36,111 nucleotides of DNA from Methanobacteriota archaeon (GCA_013152685.1 JAADFX010000010.1:1-36111); one strand, 5' to 3'. Shown: positions 1 through 9,386, numbered from the stretch's first letter. Notes: generated from the letters alone by a model not told the origin. Made by a program: numbers and translations.

Positions 1-1
1 T

Positions 2-400
2 TGCGATGACGAACTGCACCCACAGGGAGTAGGGCAGCCTGTCCACGGGTAAGCCAACGAGGTCGCCGTAGAGCAGCAACAGCAGCACAAAGCCGGAGCT
101 GAACCCGGCTATCACCCTGCGCCTCAGCTCGGCGATGTACCTCTCTCTTGCCTCCCTCTCGGCGTCCTGCTCCTCCTCCTCGGCGACGCCGATGTAGGTG
201 TAGCCCGTCTTCTCTATAGCCTGCCTGATGTCCTCAAGGCTCACCATGCCCGGGTCGTAAACCACCCGTGCGCTCTCTGTTCCCAGGTTTACGCTGACCT
301 CCTGCACTCCTTCCAGGCCCTTTAGCGCCTTCTCTATGGTTGCCACGCACATGGCGCAGGTCATTCCCGTTATCCTGAGACTAGCCTCTTTAGCAGCCAT
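2..400 (-). CDS. copA: Heavy-metal (Cu) P1B-type ATPase, N-terminal part; runs off the window start
   Basis: Not in the ORF track. Manual translation from ATG at 400 gives MAAKEASLRITGMTCAMCVATIEKALKGLEGVQEVSVNLGTESARVVYDPG..., an HMA domain with GMTCxxC followed by the first TM helices (RRRVIAGFSSGFVLLLLLY...WVQFVIA). Metal specificity is not visible in this fragment. Confidence 0.88.
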   Translation of the reverse strand, partial: MAAKEASLRITGMTCAMCVATIEKALKGLEGVQEVSVNLGTESARVVYDPGMVSLEDIRQAIEKTGYTYIGVAEEEEQDAEREARERYIAELRRRVIAGFSSGFVLLLLLYGDLVGLPVDRLPYSLWVQFVIA

Positions 401-572
401 CCTTTATCCTCCACTTTCCCCGGCGCAGTGCGCTCTCAATCTCCCACACCTGCATCCGTGTGAGCCCGTACTTCCTTATTATCTCCTCTTCCTGCACAAC
501 GCCGGTAATCAGCTCCACCAGGTCGCGCAGCTTCAGCGTCACCTTCATGGATAGAGTGTCTGCGTCCTTCAT
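390..572 (-). CDS. Small hypothetical protein, possibly HTH-like, overlapping the copA start
   Basis: 60-aa ORF (alternative start 548) with host-like codons. It overlaps the copA start by 11 bp. EEIIRKYGLTRMQV resembles an HTH/DUF433-type segment. Confidence 0.55.
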   Translation of the reverse strand: MKDADTLSMKVTLKLRDLVELITGVVQEEEIIRKYGLTRMQVWEIESALRRGKWRIKDGC

Positions 573-579
573 AAATAAA

Positions 580-599
580 CCTTTTTGTTTTCAAAAAGG
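580..599. promoter_or_regulatory. Perfect inverted repeat, candidate operator of the copA unit
   Basis: CCTTTTTG-TTTT-CAAAAAGG, 8 bp upstream of the 572 ATG, in the AT-rich divergent intergenic region. Confidence 0.5.
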
Positions 600-737
600 C
601 AACACCCATTCCAATTTATTATTCATATGGAACAGCCCTGCCAACTATCCACAAAATAAAGATTCGGGATTGGTAGCCTTTTCATAATGAAGTACGAGAT
701 TACCGAGGTGAAGCTTCCGGGCACGGGCGGTGGTGTT

Positions 738-1157
738 ATGGCAGAGCCGAGCGATGAGGAGATAAGGGAGCTGCTCAGGAGCGCCAGGACGATTGCGGTG
801 GTGGGCTTCTCCACCAACCCAGCTAAGGATGCCCACAGGGTGCCAAAGAGGCTCATGGAGCTGGGCTACCGCGTCATACCCATCAACCCCTTCGCTGAGG
901 AGATTCTGGGTGAGCGGAGCTACCCCTCCCTTCTGGACGTGCCCAGAGACATCAAGGTGGACATAGTGAATGTTTTCCGCCCCGCCGAGGAGGTGCCCGA
1001 GATAGTGGAGCAGGCAATCCAGATTGGAGCCAGGGCGCTGTGGCTGCAGCTGGGGATAACCCACGAGGAGGCGGCCGAGCGAGCCCGGAGAGCCGGGCTC
1101 ACGGTGGTCCAGAACAGGTGCATCAAGGTGGAGCACCGGCGCCTGCTGGGGGAATAA
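738..1157 (+). CDS. CoA-binding protein (YccU/CoA_binding_2 family)
   Basis: TIAVVGFSTNPAKDAH, VIPINP, VDIVNVFRP, LWLQLGI and NRCIKVEH motifs. ATG 738 preferred over 687 because of the GGTGGTG RBS. Confidence 0.9.
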   Translation: MAEPSDEEIRELLRSARTIAVVGFSTNPAKDAHRVPKRLMELGYRVIPINPFAEEILGERSYPSLLDVPRDIKVDIVNVFRPAEEVPEIVEQAIQIGARALWLQLGITHEEAAERARRAGLTVVQNRCIKVEHRRLLGE

Positions 1158-1189
1158 GTATTTAATCAGCGCGGGAGAAAATTTCAGCA

Positions 1190-2344
1190 ATGCGTGAGAA
1201 GAGTCGGAGGCTCTCGGGAAGGCGCATAGCGCTCTGCGTCACCGGAAGCGCTGCTGCAATCGAGGCGCCCAAGCTTGCGAGGGAGCTCCGCAGGCACGGC
1301 GCCAGGGTCAGGGCGTACATGAGCGAGGGGGCGACGGAGGTTCTCCACCCCAATGCGATGGAGTTTGCCACGGGTGAGAAGCCCGTGACAGGAATCACCG
1401 GCGCCCTGGAGCACCTGGAGGAGTACGACCTGGTGCTCGTGGCACCTGCCTCGGCGAACACCATCGGCAAGCTCGCCCACGGCATAGCGGATACCCCGCC
1501 GGCGCTGCTCTTCCTGGCTTCCGAGGCCAAGCTCATTGTGGCGCCTGCAATGCACCTCTCAATGCACCGCAAGCAGGTGGTGGTGGAGAACCTGGAGAAG
1601 CTCAGGGAGATGGGGGCTCTGGTTGTGGAGCCGGTAATCGCCGAGGGTGCGGCGAAGCTCGCGCCCGTGGAGGAGATTGCCGAGCACGCGATCCGCGCGC
1701 TGGGCGGCGGGGAGCTGGCCGGGAAGAGGGTGGTTATAACCGCGGGCGCCACCGAGGAGGCGATAGATGCGGTCCGCGTCATAACCAACAGGAGCTCCGG
1801 CAGGATGGGTCTTGCGCTGGCGAAGGAGGCCTTCTACCGCGGCGCTGAGGTCACCCTTATTGCGGGCAGGATGGGCGTTTCTCCCCCCGGCTACCTGCGC
1901 ACAGTTAGAGCGCTTACCATTGAGGAGATGCGCAGGGCCGTGGAGAGGCACTCTGAGGGGGCGGATGTGTTTATCTCCGCCGCCGCGGTGGGCGACTTCG
2001 TGGTGGAGCCTAAGGTGGAGGGCAAGCTGGACTCCTCGCGGGAGGTTACTCTCACCCTGAAGCCGGCGCCCAAGGTGCTCGCCGCGAGCAGGGGGGCAAG
2101 CTTCAGGGCCGCCTTCAAGGCGGTGCACGGCGCCAGCGGGGAGGAGCTCGTTGAAGCGGCTAAGGCGCTGATGGAGGGGGAAGGCCTTGACCTGGTGGTG
2201 GCCAACGACGTTTCCCGGGGGGTGTTCGGCTCTGAGGAGAATGAGGTGGTGCTCGTGACCCGCGACGGGGCGCTTTCCCTGCCCAGGATGCCCAAGAGCG
2301 AGGTTGCGAGGCACATCTTCGACCTGGTGGTAAAGAGGCTCTGA
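1190..2344 (+). CDS. coaBC: Bifunctional phosphopantothenoylcysteine decarboxylase/synthetase
   Basis: Flavoprotein domain (VTGSAAA, APASANTIGKLAHGIAD, APAMH) plus synthetase domain (ITAGATEEAIDAVRVITNRSSGRMG, SAAAVGDF, VVANDV). TATA-like TATTTAAT about 24 nt upstream. Confidence 0.95.
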   Translation: MREKSRRLSGRRIALCVTGSAAAIEAPKLARELRRHGARVRAYMSEGATEVLHPNAMEFATGEKPVTGITGALEHLEEYDLVLVAPASANTIGKLAHGIADTPPALLFLASEAKLIVAPAMHLSMHRKQVVVENLEKLREMGALVVEPVIAEGAAKLAPVEEIAEHAIRALGGGELAGKRVVITAGATEEAIDAVRVITNRSSGRMGLALAKEAFYRGAEVTLIAGRMGVSPPGYLRTVRALTIEEMRRAVERHSEGADVFISAAAVGDFVVEPKVEGKLDSSREVTLTLKPAPKVLAASRGASFRAAFKAVHGASGEELVEAAKALMEGEGLDLVVANDVSRGVFGSEENEVVLVTRDGALSLPRMPKSEVARHIFDLVVKRL

Positions 2345-2345
2345 G

Positions 2346-3218
2346 ATGCGTGCTGGAGCTTTTGTTCCGGGGCACATTACCGGCTTCTTTGAGGTGTTTT
2401 TAACCGGAGACGCGCTGACCTCTGGCTCCAGGGGCGCGGGCGTGGTGCTCAGCGAGGGCGTTGTGACCCGGGTGGAGGTGAGGCGCGCCTCTGAGCCCAG
2501 CATAGAGGTGGAGCTCAACGGCGAAGCTTGCGAGTGCGAGGTGAGTGAGCGCGTTGCCACGGCTCTGCTGCGCAGTTGCGGCTCGGGGTATGCGCTGAAA
2601 ATCTCCCACACCACCCCTCTGCCCGTGATGCAGGGCTTCGGCACCTCCGCCGCCGGTGCTCTTGGCACAGCGATTGCCCTGAATGAAGCTTTAGGCTTGA
2701 GGATGAGCGCCCTGGAGCTTGCCAGGATAGCGCACTGCGCCGAGGTGGAGTGCCGCACCGGCTTGGGGGATGTGGTTGCCCAGCTCAGCGGCGGGCTGGT
2801 GGTGCGCACCCGTGCCGGAGCCCCCGGTGTGGGGGAGGTGAGGAAGTTCTACTCCAGCGCGGGGCTGGTGGTCTTCCTTGTGGGCAGGGGTTTGAAGACC
2901 AGGGAGGTGCTCTCCTCTCCGGGGGTGCTGGAGAGGATAAACCGCATTGCGCGGGGTTGCCTCGAGGAGCTGCTCAGGGCTCCCTGTGCTGAGCGCTTTA
3001 TGAGCCTTTCAAAAAAATTCGCCCTGAAGAGCGGGCTTGCGAGGGGAAAGGTCAGGGAGGCGATTTATGAGCTGGAGGAGCACGGGATTGAGGCGAGCAT
3101 GGCGATGCTGGGCGAGGCTGTATTTGCGCTTTCTGAAAAACCTGATGAGCTTGTTAACCTTCTGGATTTTCCCAGTATAATCGCGAGAGTTGACAACTGC
3201 GGGGCGAGACTGCTATGA
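2346..3218 (+). CDS. pok: Pantoate kinase (GHMP family)
   Basis: FVPGHITGFF, GSRGAG, PVMQGFGTSAA and TGLGDV motifs; CoA-operon context. Confidence 0.93.
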   Translation: MRAGAFVPGHITGFFEVFLTGDALTSGSRGAGVVLSEGVVTRVEVRRASEPSIEVELNGEACECEVSERVATALLRSCGSGYALKISHTTPLPVMQGFGTSAAGALGTAIALNEALGLRMSALELARIAHCAEVECRTGLGDVVAQLSGGLVVRTRAGAPGVGEVRKFYSSAGLVVFLVGRGLKTREVLSSPGVLERINRIARGCLEELLRAPCAERFMSLSKKFALKSGLARGKVREAIYELEEHGIEASMAMLGEAVFALSEKPDELVNLLDFPSIIARVDNCGARLL

Positions 3219-3802
3219 CTCTGCTGCAGAGCATCAGGAACACCTTTCTGACGGGCCTCCTCCTGTTTATTCCGCTGGTGGCCACTGTGTACGTGCTCTG
3301 GTTCGGCTTCGACTTCCTGGACGGGCTTCTGAGGCCTCTCCTGAAGCGGGTGCTCGGCGTCTATATCCCCGGCTTCGGCGTCGTGGCGACGCTGCTGCTC
3401 ATCTTCGCCCTGGGCGCCCTCGCCAGGCTGGCGCTGGGGAAGAGGATAGTCGGCGCCCTGGAGCAGGCGATAATGCGCATCCCCCTGGTGAAGACCGTCT
3501 ACGCCACTGTGAAGCACGCCAGTGAGGCGCTGATAGACAACAGGGCGAGCGGCTTCAAGGGCGTGGTGCTGGTGCAGTACCCCAGGCGCGGATGCTACGT
3601 TATCGGCTTCACCACCGGCGCCAACATCACTGAAGCAAGGGAGAGAACCGGGAAGGAGCTGGTGAACGTCTTCGTGCCAACTGCGCCAAATCCCACCTCG
3701 GGGATGGTGATAATGGTGCCCGAGGACGAGGTTATCCCGCTGGAGATGAGCGTGGAGGACGGGCTCAAGCTGATAGTCTCGGGAGGTTTTGCCAGGAGAT
3801 GA
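3215..3802 (+). CDS. DUF502 family membrane protein
   Basis: FLTGLLLFIPLVAT, RIPLVKTVY, VFVPTAPNPTSG and MSVEDGLKLIVSGG are DUF502 hallmarks; ATGA overlaps on both sides. Confidence 0.9.
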   Translation: MTLLQSIRNTFLTGLLLFIPLVATVYVLWFGFDFLDGLLRPLLKRVLGVYIPGFGVVATLLLIFALGALARLALGKRIVGALEQAIMRIPLVKTVYATVKHASEALIDNRASGFKGVVLVQYPRRGCYVIGFTTGANITEARERTGKELVNVFVPTAPNPTSGMVIMVPEDEVIPLEMSVEDGLKLIVSGGFARR

Positions 3803-4551
3803 TTCCCCGCGACCACCCGCGGTACCACTCGCTCATGCAGCGGGAGAAGCTTGCCCGCGGCTACGAGCAGGGGGTGGTGGTGCTTGAGGGGCTTATCGCC
3901 CACGGCAGGGGTGAGGCCTTCGACTACCTCCTGGGTGAGACCACCATTGAGCCCGCGAGGCGCGCAATTAGAGCGGCTGCGGCGTCGCTTCTGCTCGCCT
4001 CCTCGCCGGTTATATCTGTGAACGGCAACACCGCCGCGCTCTGTGCGAAGGAGCTGGTGCGGCTCGCTAAGGAGGCGGGGGCGAAGCTGGAGGTGAACCT
4101 CTTCTACCGCTCCACGGAGAGGGCGAGGAGAATCGCGGAGCTGCTGCGCAGAGCGGGTGCGGAGGAGGTGCTGGGGGTTGAGCCCGAGGCTGAGATTCCC
4201 TCGCTGAGCAGCCAGCGCAGGCTGGTGGCGAGGCAGGGGATATACTCGGCTGACGTGGTGCTCCTCGCCATAGAGGATGGGGACAGAACAGAGGCTCTGG
4301 TGGATATGGGGAAGAGGGTTATTGCGATAGACCTGAACCCCCTCTCGCGCACCGCAAGGCGTGCGAGCATAACAATTGTGGACGAGGTCACGCGCGCCCT
4401 GCCGCTGCTCACGCGGGAGCTGGCTCGGCTCAGAGGTCTTGGCAGACCTGAGCTCAAAAGGCGGGCAAGCTTCGACAACTCCGCGAACCTCAGGGAGGTG
4501 CTGAGTTACATCGCGAGGCGCCTGGAGGAATTCCGGCCGGAGGATTTTTAA
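3799..4551 (+). CDS. pps: Phosphopantothenate synthetase (archaeal, DUF137)
   Basis: IPRDHPRYHSL, GLIAHGRGEAFDYLLGE, ISVNGN, EVNLFYR, EDGDR and IDLNPLSRT motifs. Confidence 0.95.
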   Translation: MIPRDHPRYHSLMQREKLARGYEQGVVVLEGLIAHGRGEAFDYLLGETTIEPARRAIRAAAASLLLASSPVISVNGNTAALCAKELVRLAKEAGAKLEVNLFYRSTERARRIAELLRRAGAEEVLGVEPEAEIPSLSSQRRLVARQGIYSADVVLLAIEDGDRTEALVDMGKRVIAIDLNPLSRTARRASITIVDEVTRALPLLTRELARLRGLGRPELKRRASFDNSANLREVLSYIARRLEEFRPEDF

Positions 4552-4576
4552 ACGTTACCTATCTCGCAGAGAAAAA

Positions 4577-6154
4577 ATGGACGAGCTCCTCACGCTGGCG
4601 AAGAGAGGCGAGGGAGGTAACGTAGAGTTCAAGGAGTACCTCTCGCGAAGGGTGCACCTCTCTCGTGAGAGAAGGCAGAGCCTGGCTTCGCAGCTCAAGT
4701 ACAGGGCCAACAACGGCTCGGGCAGGGCGGTCTATCTCCTCGGGGTGAGCGACTCCGGCGAGGTGGTCGGGCTTGAGAGGGAGAGGCTGGAGGAGAGCCT
4801 TGAGGTGCTCGCAGAGATTGCCCGCGACGTGGGCTTTGCCATTACTGAGGAGAAGGTCTACAGCATAGACTCGCGCTGCGCAGCCCTTGTGGTGCTGGAG
4901 CGCTCTCGCCTTGAGAAGGAGCACCTGCTCATCGCCACCGCGGGGCACGTGGACCACGGCAAGAGCACGCTGGTGGGCGCCCTCGTGTCGGGGGAGCTGG
5001 ACGACGGCTCGGGCAGGACGAGGCGCTACCTGGATACGCAGAAGCACGAGATTGAGCGCGGACTGAGCGCAGACCTTAGCTACGCGGTCTATGGGTTTAC
5101 CAGCTCTGGCGAGGCGATCCGCCTGCGCAATCCCCTGAGCAGGGAGGAGCGCGCGGGTGTGGTTGCAAGGGCGGCGAAGCTGGTGAGCTTTGTTGACACT
5201 GTAGGGCACGAGCCCTGGCTGCGCACAACCATAAGGGGAATAGTGGGCCAGAAGCTGGACTACGGTCTGCTGACCATTGCCGGCGATGACGGCATAACCC
5301 ACATTACCAAGGAGCACCTGGGGATTATGCTGGCGATGGACCTTCCGGTTATAATAGCCATAACCAAGGCTGACAGGGCGAGGGACCTGGGGGAGCTCCA
5401 GGGTGAGATAGCCCGTCTTCTGACACTGGTGGGCAGGGTCCCCAAGTTCATATCCTCCCCCAGAGACATAGCGGAGCTGGGAAACTTCTGGGAGAGCGGG
5501 GTGCTTGTCCCGGTTGTGGTGACCTCTGCAAAGACCGGTGAGGGGCTGGAGATTCTGGACAGGCTGTTCTACTACCTGCCCAAGCGCGTATCCCGGCCCG
5601 AGCGGGAGGCGGAGTTCATGATGTACATAGACAAGATATACAGCGTTCCCGGCGCCGGCACGGTGGTGAGCGGCAGCGTGAAGCGGGGGAGTGTAAAAAG
5701 GGGGCAGGAGCTGTTTTTGGGTCCGGATGAGAAGGGCGCCTGGCACAGGGTGAGGGGCGCCTCCATAGAGGTCCACCACCTGAGCGTTGAGAGCGCAGAG
5801 GTGGGGGAGGTGGTGGGGATAGCGATAAAGGGCGCAAAGATAAAGCCCAGGCGCGGAATGGTGCTGACCTCCAGGGAGAAGCTGCAGGCGGTGAGGAGCT
5901 TCCTCGCAGACGTTGTCGTGCTGAACCACCCGACGCGGATTGCACGCGGTTATGAGCCGGTGATTCACCTGGAGACAATCTCTGAAGCTGTGGTGCTGGA
6001 GCCTCTCGATAGAGAATTCCTCGCGGCCGGCGACAGGGGCAGGGTGAGGGTGACCTTCAAGTATGCGCCCCACTTCGTGGAGCGGGGGCAGCGCTTCGTG
6101 TTCCGCGAGGGCAGGAGCAAGGGCATAGGCGTTGTCACAGAGGTAGTTGCGTAG
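4577..6154 (+). CDS. Translational GTPase of the GTPBP1/2 (aGPBP) family
   Basis: G1 GHVDHGKS, G3 DTVGH, G4 TKAD, G5 TSAKTG; EF-Tu-like domains II/III (FVFREGRSKGIG); N-terminal GNVEFKE...YLLGVSDSG domain. TTTTAAA about 24 nt upstream. Confidence 0.9.
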   Translation: MDELLTLAKRGEGGNVEFKEYLSRRVHLSRERRQSLASQLKYRANNGSGRAVYLLGVSDSGEVVGLERERLEESLEVLAEIARDVGFAITEEKVYSIDSRCAALVVLERSRLEKEHLLIATAGHVDHGKSTLVGALVSGELDDGSGRTRRYLDTQKHEIERGLSADLSYAVYGFTSSGEAIRLRNPLSREERAGVVARAAKLVSFVDTVGHEPWLRTTIRGIVGQKLDYGLLTIAGDDGITHITKEHLGIMLAMDLPVIIAITKADRARDLGELQGEIARLLTLVGRVPKFISSPRDIAELGNFWESGVLVPVVVTSAKTGEGLEILDRLFYYLPKRVSRPEREAEFMMYIDKIYSVPGAGTVVSGSVKRGSVKRGQELFLGPDEKGAWHRVRGASIEVHHLSVESAEVGEVVGIAIKGAKIKPRRGMVLTSREKLQAVRSFLADVVVLNHPTRIARGYEPVIHLETISEAVVLEPLDREFLAAGDRGRVRVTFKYAPHFVERGQRFVFREGRSKGIGVVTEVVA

Positions 6155-6162
6155 TGGTGGCG

Positions 6163-6690
6163 ATGAGGCTGCTGGTGTACCACGCGGGGCAGTGCGCGCC
6201 CAAGAAGTGCACCGCCTTAAAGCTGTCGCGCTTCTCGCTGGTCAAGCTTGTGCGCAGCATGCGTGCAATTCCGCGCGGTGCGGTTGTTCTCAACCCCTTT
6301 GCGCCGAGGCTGCTCTCGCCTCAGGATGGCGCAGGCACCCTGGTGGCGCTGGACTGCTCCTGGGAGAGCGCGCGCGAGGTCTTCAGCAGGTACCGTGGCA
6401 GGGCGAGGCACCGCTCCCTCCCGCTGCTGGTGGCCGCGAACCCCGTGAATTACGGAAAAATCGCCAGGCTGAGCACCGTGGAAGCGCTGGCGGCGGCGCT
6501 CTGCATCCTGGGTGAGGAGGAGCAGGCCAGGGCTCTGCTCTCAAAGTTCAGCTGGGGGCACAGCTTCCTGGAGCTCAACCGCAGCCTTCTGGAGGAGTAC
6601 GCCGGCGCCTCAAGCGTTGAGGCCCTGCTGGAGGTGCAGCGGGAGTACTTCGGAGAGCTGGCGGAGCTTCACGCCAAGCCTGCGGAGTAG
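6163..6690 (+). CDS. tsr3: 16S rRNA aminocarboxypropyltransferase Tsr3
   Basis: QCAPKKCT, LDCSW, RSLPLLVAANPVNYG, LSTVEALAAAL and FSWGHSFLELN motifs; ATG 6163 after GGTGG (GTG 6154 also possible). Confidence 0.93.
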   Translation: MRLLVYHAGQCAPKKCTALKLSRFSLVKLVRSMRAIPRGAVVLNPFAPRLLSPQDGAGTLVALDCSWESAREVFSRYRGRARHRSLPLLVAANPVNYGKIARLSTVEALAAALCILGEEEQARALLSKFSWGHSFLELNRSLLEEYAGASSVEALLEVQREYFGELAELHAKPAE

Positions 6691-6800
6691 GCTTTACATG
6701 GAATTCACCGGGGCATGGTCCGGGTGATAGCCCCGCTGGCAGTTGTAAAATTTTATTTTAGAAAAATTTTTATTGTGCACAGTCCAAAATAGTAAAGACT

Positions 6801-9386
6801 GTGGCACTGGGCGTTATGCCGAGAATACCCGTGGAGGTACCTGGGAATTTGGAAAAGTTGCTTTCAAAAACAGATAAAAAAGAGCTCCTTGAAGATGTGT
6901 TCAATTCCATGGGGGAGGGCGTAGTTGTCATAGACTTGGACTACAACATAGTGGAGGCCAACCCCGCGGCACTGGAACTTTTCGGACGCACCAGGGAGGA
7001 GCTCATCGGCAGGAAGTGCTACGAGGTTATCCACGGGGAAGATGCCCCCTGCCGGGGGATTCTCTGCCCCCTGGCGGAGTCCCCGAAGCGCGGAAGGCTG
7101 AAGGGCATAATCCACGAGCATCTGAGGGGAAGCGGCGAGCGGTGGATTGCTGAAATCTCTGCCACGCCCATCAGGGACAAAAGCGGCAGGATAGTCGGGA
7201 TAGTTGAGATAAACAGGGACGTGACCAGGCAGAAGAAGTTTGAGAAGGAGATAAAGCACCTCAACAGGGTTCTCAGGGCGATAAATGAGGTGGGGAGCGT
7301 TATAACCAGGGAGAGGGACAGGGACTCCCTCTTCCAGTCGGTGTGCGAGATCCTCCAGCGGGTGAGGGGCTACAGGATGGTCTGGATAGGCGTGCCCAGG
7401 GAGGAGACGGGGGAGGTGGTGCCGGTGGCGAAGGCGGGCGTGGACGACGGCTACTTGGAGAGGGTTCGCATCACCTTTGACGATTCCGAGACGGGCATGG
7501 GTCCGACGGGCATGGCGATAAAGACCCGGAAGCCCCAGGTTGTGCGCGACATCTCCAGCGATGAGAACTATGCCCCCTGGCGGGAGGAGGCGATGAAGAG
7601 GGGCTACAGGTCCTCGGCGTCGGTGCCCATTGTGTGCGGCGACAGGGTTTATGGCACAATAAATGTGTACTCTGACTCCAGCGACGTCTTCACCGAGGAG
7701 GAGATGGAGCTCCTGATGCGGGTGGGGGAGGACCTGGCCTTCGCCCTCAGGGTTATCGAGGATGAGGAGGAGAAGCGGAGGGCTGAGCAGGCGGCAAAGA
7801 AGAGGGCGGAGCAGCACGCTGTTATTGCGAGGCTGGGAGAGCTCTTCATGAAGGGCGTGGGCGTGGACGCGCTTATGCAGGAGGCGGTGGAGCTGGTGGC
7901 AGAGGCGCTGGGTGCCGAGTTCTGCAAAATCCTGTGGCTGGAGGGCGAGAACCTCCGCCTCATCGCCGGCGTGGGCTGGCGCCCCGGAATGGTGGGCAGC
8001 GCCACCGTAAGCGCTGATACGGCATCCCAGGCGGGCTACACGCTGCGCACCAGGAAGCCTGTGCTGGTGGAGGACCTCCGGGAGGAGAGGCGATTCAGCC
8101 CGCCCCGCCTGCTGACGGAGCACGGTGTGGTGTCGGGGATAAGTGTGCCCATGATATACATGGACAAGGTCTACGGGGTTATGGGAGTCCACTCCAGGGA
8201 GCGGAGCAAGTTTACCCAGGCGGATGTGGACTTCCTCCAGTCGGTGGCAAACATAATCACCGCCGCCTTTGAGCGAATACGCACCGAGGAGATACTCAAG
8301 GAGTCCCAGAGGAAGCTGCGCGAAATCCTGAGGGAGATGGACAGCATTCTCCACACCATACCCGCGGCAGTCCTAACCACGGATGTGGACGGGACGATAA
8401 ACTACTTCAACCGCCGCGCCATGGAGTACCTGGAGAAGGGGGAGGGAGAGATTTTCACCACCCGGATTGGAGAGCACTTCCTGGAGCCGGGGGTTGAGGA
8501 GAGGGTGCTGGAGGTCCTCAGGGGCGAGGCGGAGGAGCCGGTCACCCTGGAGGCCACACTGCTCTCGGGCAGGGTTGTGCAGCTTTCAATTTCCTCCATG
8601 AAGGACGAGGAGGGAAGGATAGAGGGGGCTGTGGTTTCCTTCGTGGACATAACAAAACAGAAGGAGGCTCAGGAGAAGCTGAAGCGCGCCTATGAGGAGC
8701 TCAAGGAGATAGATGAGCTGAAGAGCAACATAATCGCCAATGTGAGCCACGAGCTGCGCACACCCATAACCATCGCCAAGGGCTTCATGGAGCTCGCCAT
8801 GGTGGAGGAGGATGAGGAGGACAGGAGGAATGAGCTGGAGTCGGCAATCAAGGCGCTGCGCAGGCTCAACGACATAGTGGAGGACCTGATAGAGATCGCA
8901 ACTGTGCAGCGCGGGGACCTCACCCTCCACAGGAAGCGCACCAGGGTGGAGGAGATAGTGAGGAGCGCTGTGGAGGAGAGGCGGGAGCTTGCGGCTGAGA
9001 AGGGAATAGAGATGGAGCTGGAGATTGACTACAGGGGCGAGGTGGTGGTTGACCCCTTCAAGCTGAAGAGGGCCCTCCTCAACCTGCTCGACAACGCCAT
9101 TAAGTTCAACAGGCCCGGCGGGAGGGTGAGGGTGACGCTGAAGGGAGAGAATGGGAGTGTGAGGATAAGCATCAGCGATACAGGCATTGGAATCCCGAAG
9201 GACAGGCTCAAGGACATCTTCAAGCCCCTCACCCAGCTGGACCCCTCCCCCACCAGGAGGTACGGTGGAACGGGCACAGGGCTGGCGGTGACAAAGCGGA
9301 TTATAGAGGCCCATGGGGGCAGGATATGGGTGGAGTCGGAGGTGGGCAGGGGGTCCACCTTCCACGTGAGCCTTCCCGTCGAGTGA
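6801..9386 (+). CDS. Cytoplasmic sensor histidine kinase, PAS-GAF-GAF-PAS-HisKA-HATPase
   Basis: H-box NVSHELRTP, N-box NLLDNAIKF, G1 DTGIGIP, G2 GGTGTGLA; no TM segments; start uncertain (6801 or 6816). Confidence 0.93.
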   Translation: MALGVMPRIPVEVPGNLEKLLSKTDKKELLEDVFNSMGEGVVVIDLDYNIVEANPAALELFGRTREELIGRKCYEVIHGEDAPCRGILCPLAESPKRGRLKGIIHEHLRGSGERWIAEISATPIRDKSGRIVGIVEINRDVTRQKKFEKEIKHLNRVLRAINEVGSVITRERDRDSLFQSVCEILQRVRGYRMVWIGVPREETGEVVPVAKAGVDDGYLERVRITFDDSETGMGPTGMAIKTRKPQVVRDISSDENYAPWREEAMKRGYRSSASVPIVCGDRVYGTINVYSDSSDVFTEEEMELLMRVGEDLAFALRVIEDEEEKRRAEQAAKKRAEQHAVIARLGELFMKGVGVDALMQEAVELVAEALGAEFCKILWLEGENLRLIAGVGWRPGMVGSATVSADTASQAGYTLRTRKPVLVEDLREERRFSPPRLLTEHGVVSGISVPMIYMDKVYGVMGVHSRERSKFTQADVDFLQSVANIITAAFERIRTEEILKESQRKLREILREMDSILHTIPAAVLTTDVDGTINYFNRRAMEYLEKGEGEIFTTRIGEHFLEPGVEERVLEVLRGEAEEPVTLEATLLSGRVVQLSISSMKDEEGRIEGAVVSFVDITKQKEAQEKLKRAYEELKEIDELKSNIIANVSHELRTPITIAKGFMELAMVEEDEEDRRNELESAIKALRRLNDIVEDLIEIATVQRGDLTLHRKRTRVEEIVRSAVEERRELAAEKGIEMELEIDYRGEVVVDPFKLKRALLNLLDNAIKFNRPGGRVRVTLKGENGSVRISISDTGIGIPKDRLKDIFKPLTQLDPSPTRRYGGTGTGLAVTKRIIEAHGGRIWVESEVGRGSTFHVSLPVE

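Noticed and set aside
1620-1665. CoaBC lacking the bacterial ACGxxGxG cysteine clamp
   Set aside because: The P...EGxAK form is a recognised archaeal variant, so not novel.
4577-6154. SelB or EF-1alpha assignment
   Set aside because: The N-terminal extension, DTVGHEPWLRTTIRG and FREGRSKG fit the GTPBP family; no Sec machinery seen in the window.
6705-6727. Hairpin TCACC-GGGGC-ATG-GTCCG-GGTGA after tsr3
   Set aside because: Short and imperfect in GC-rich DNA; at most a 3' end structure.
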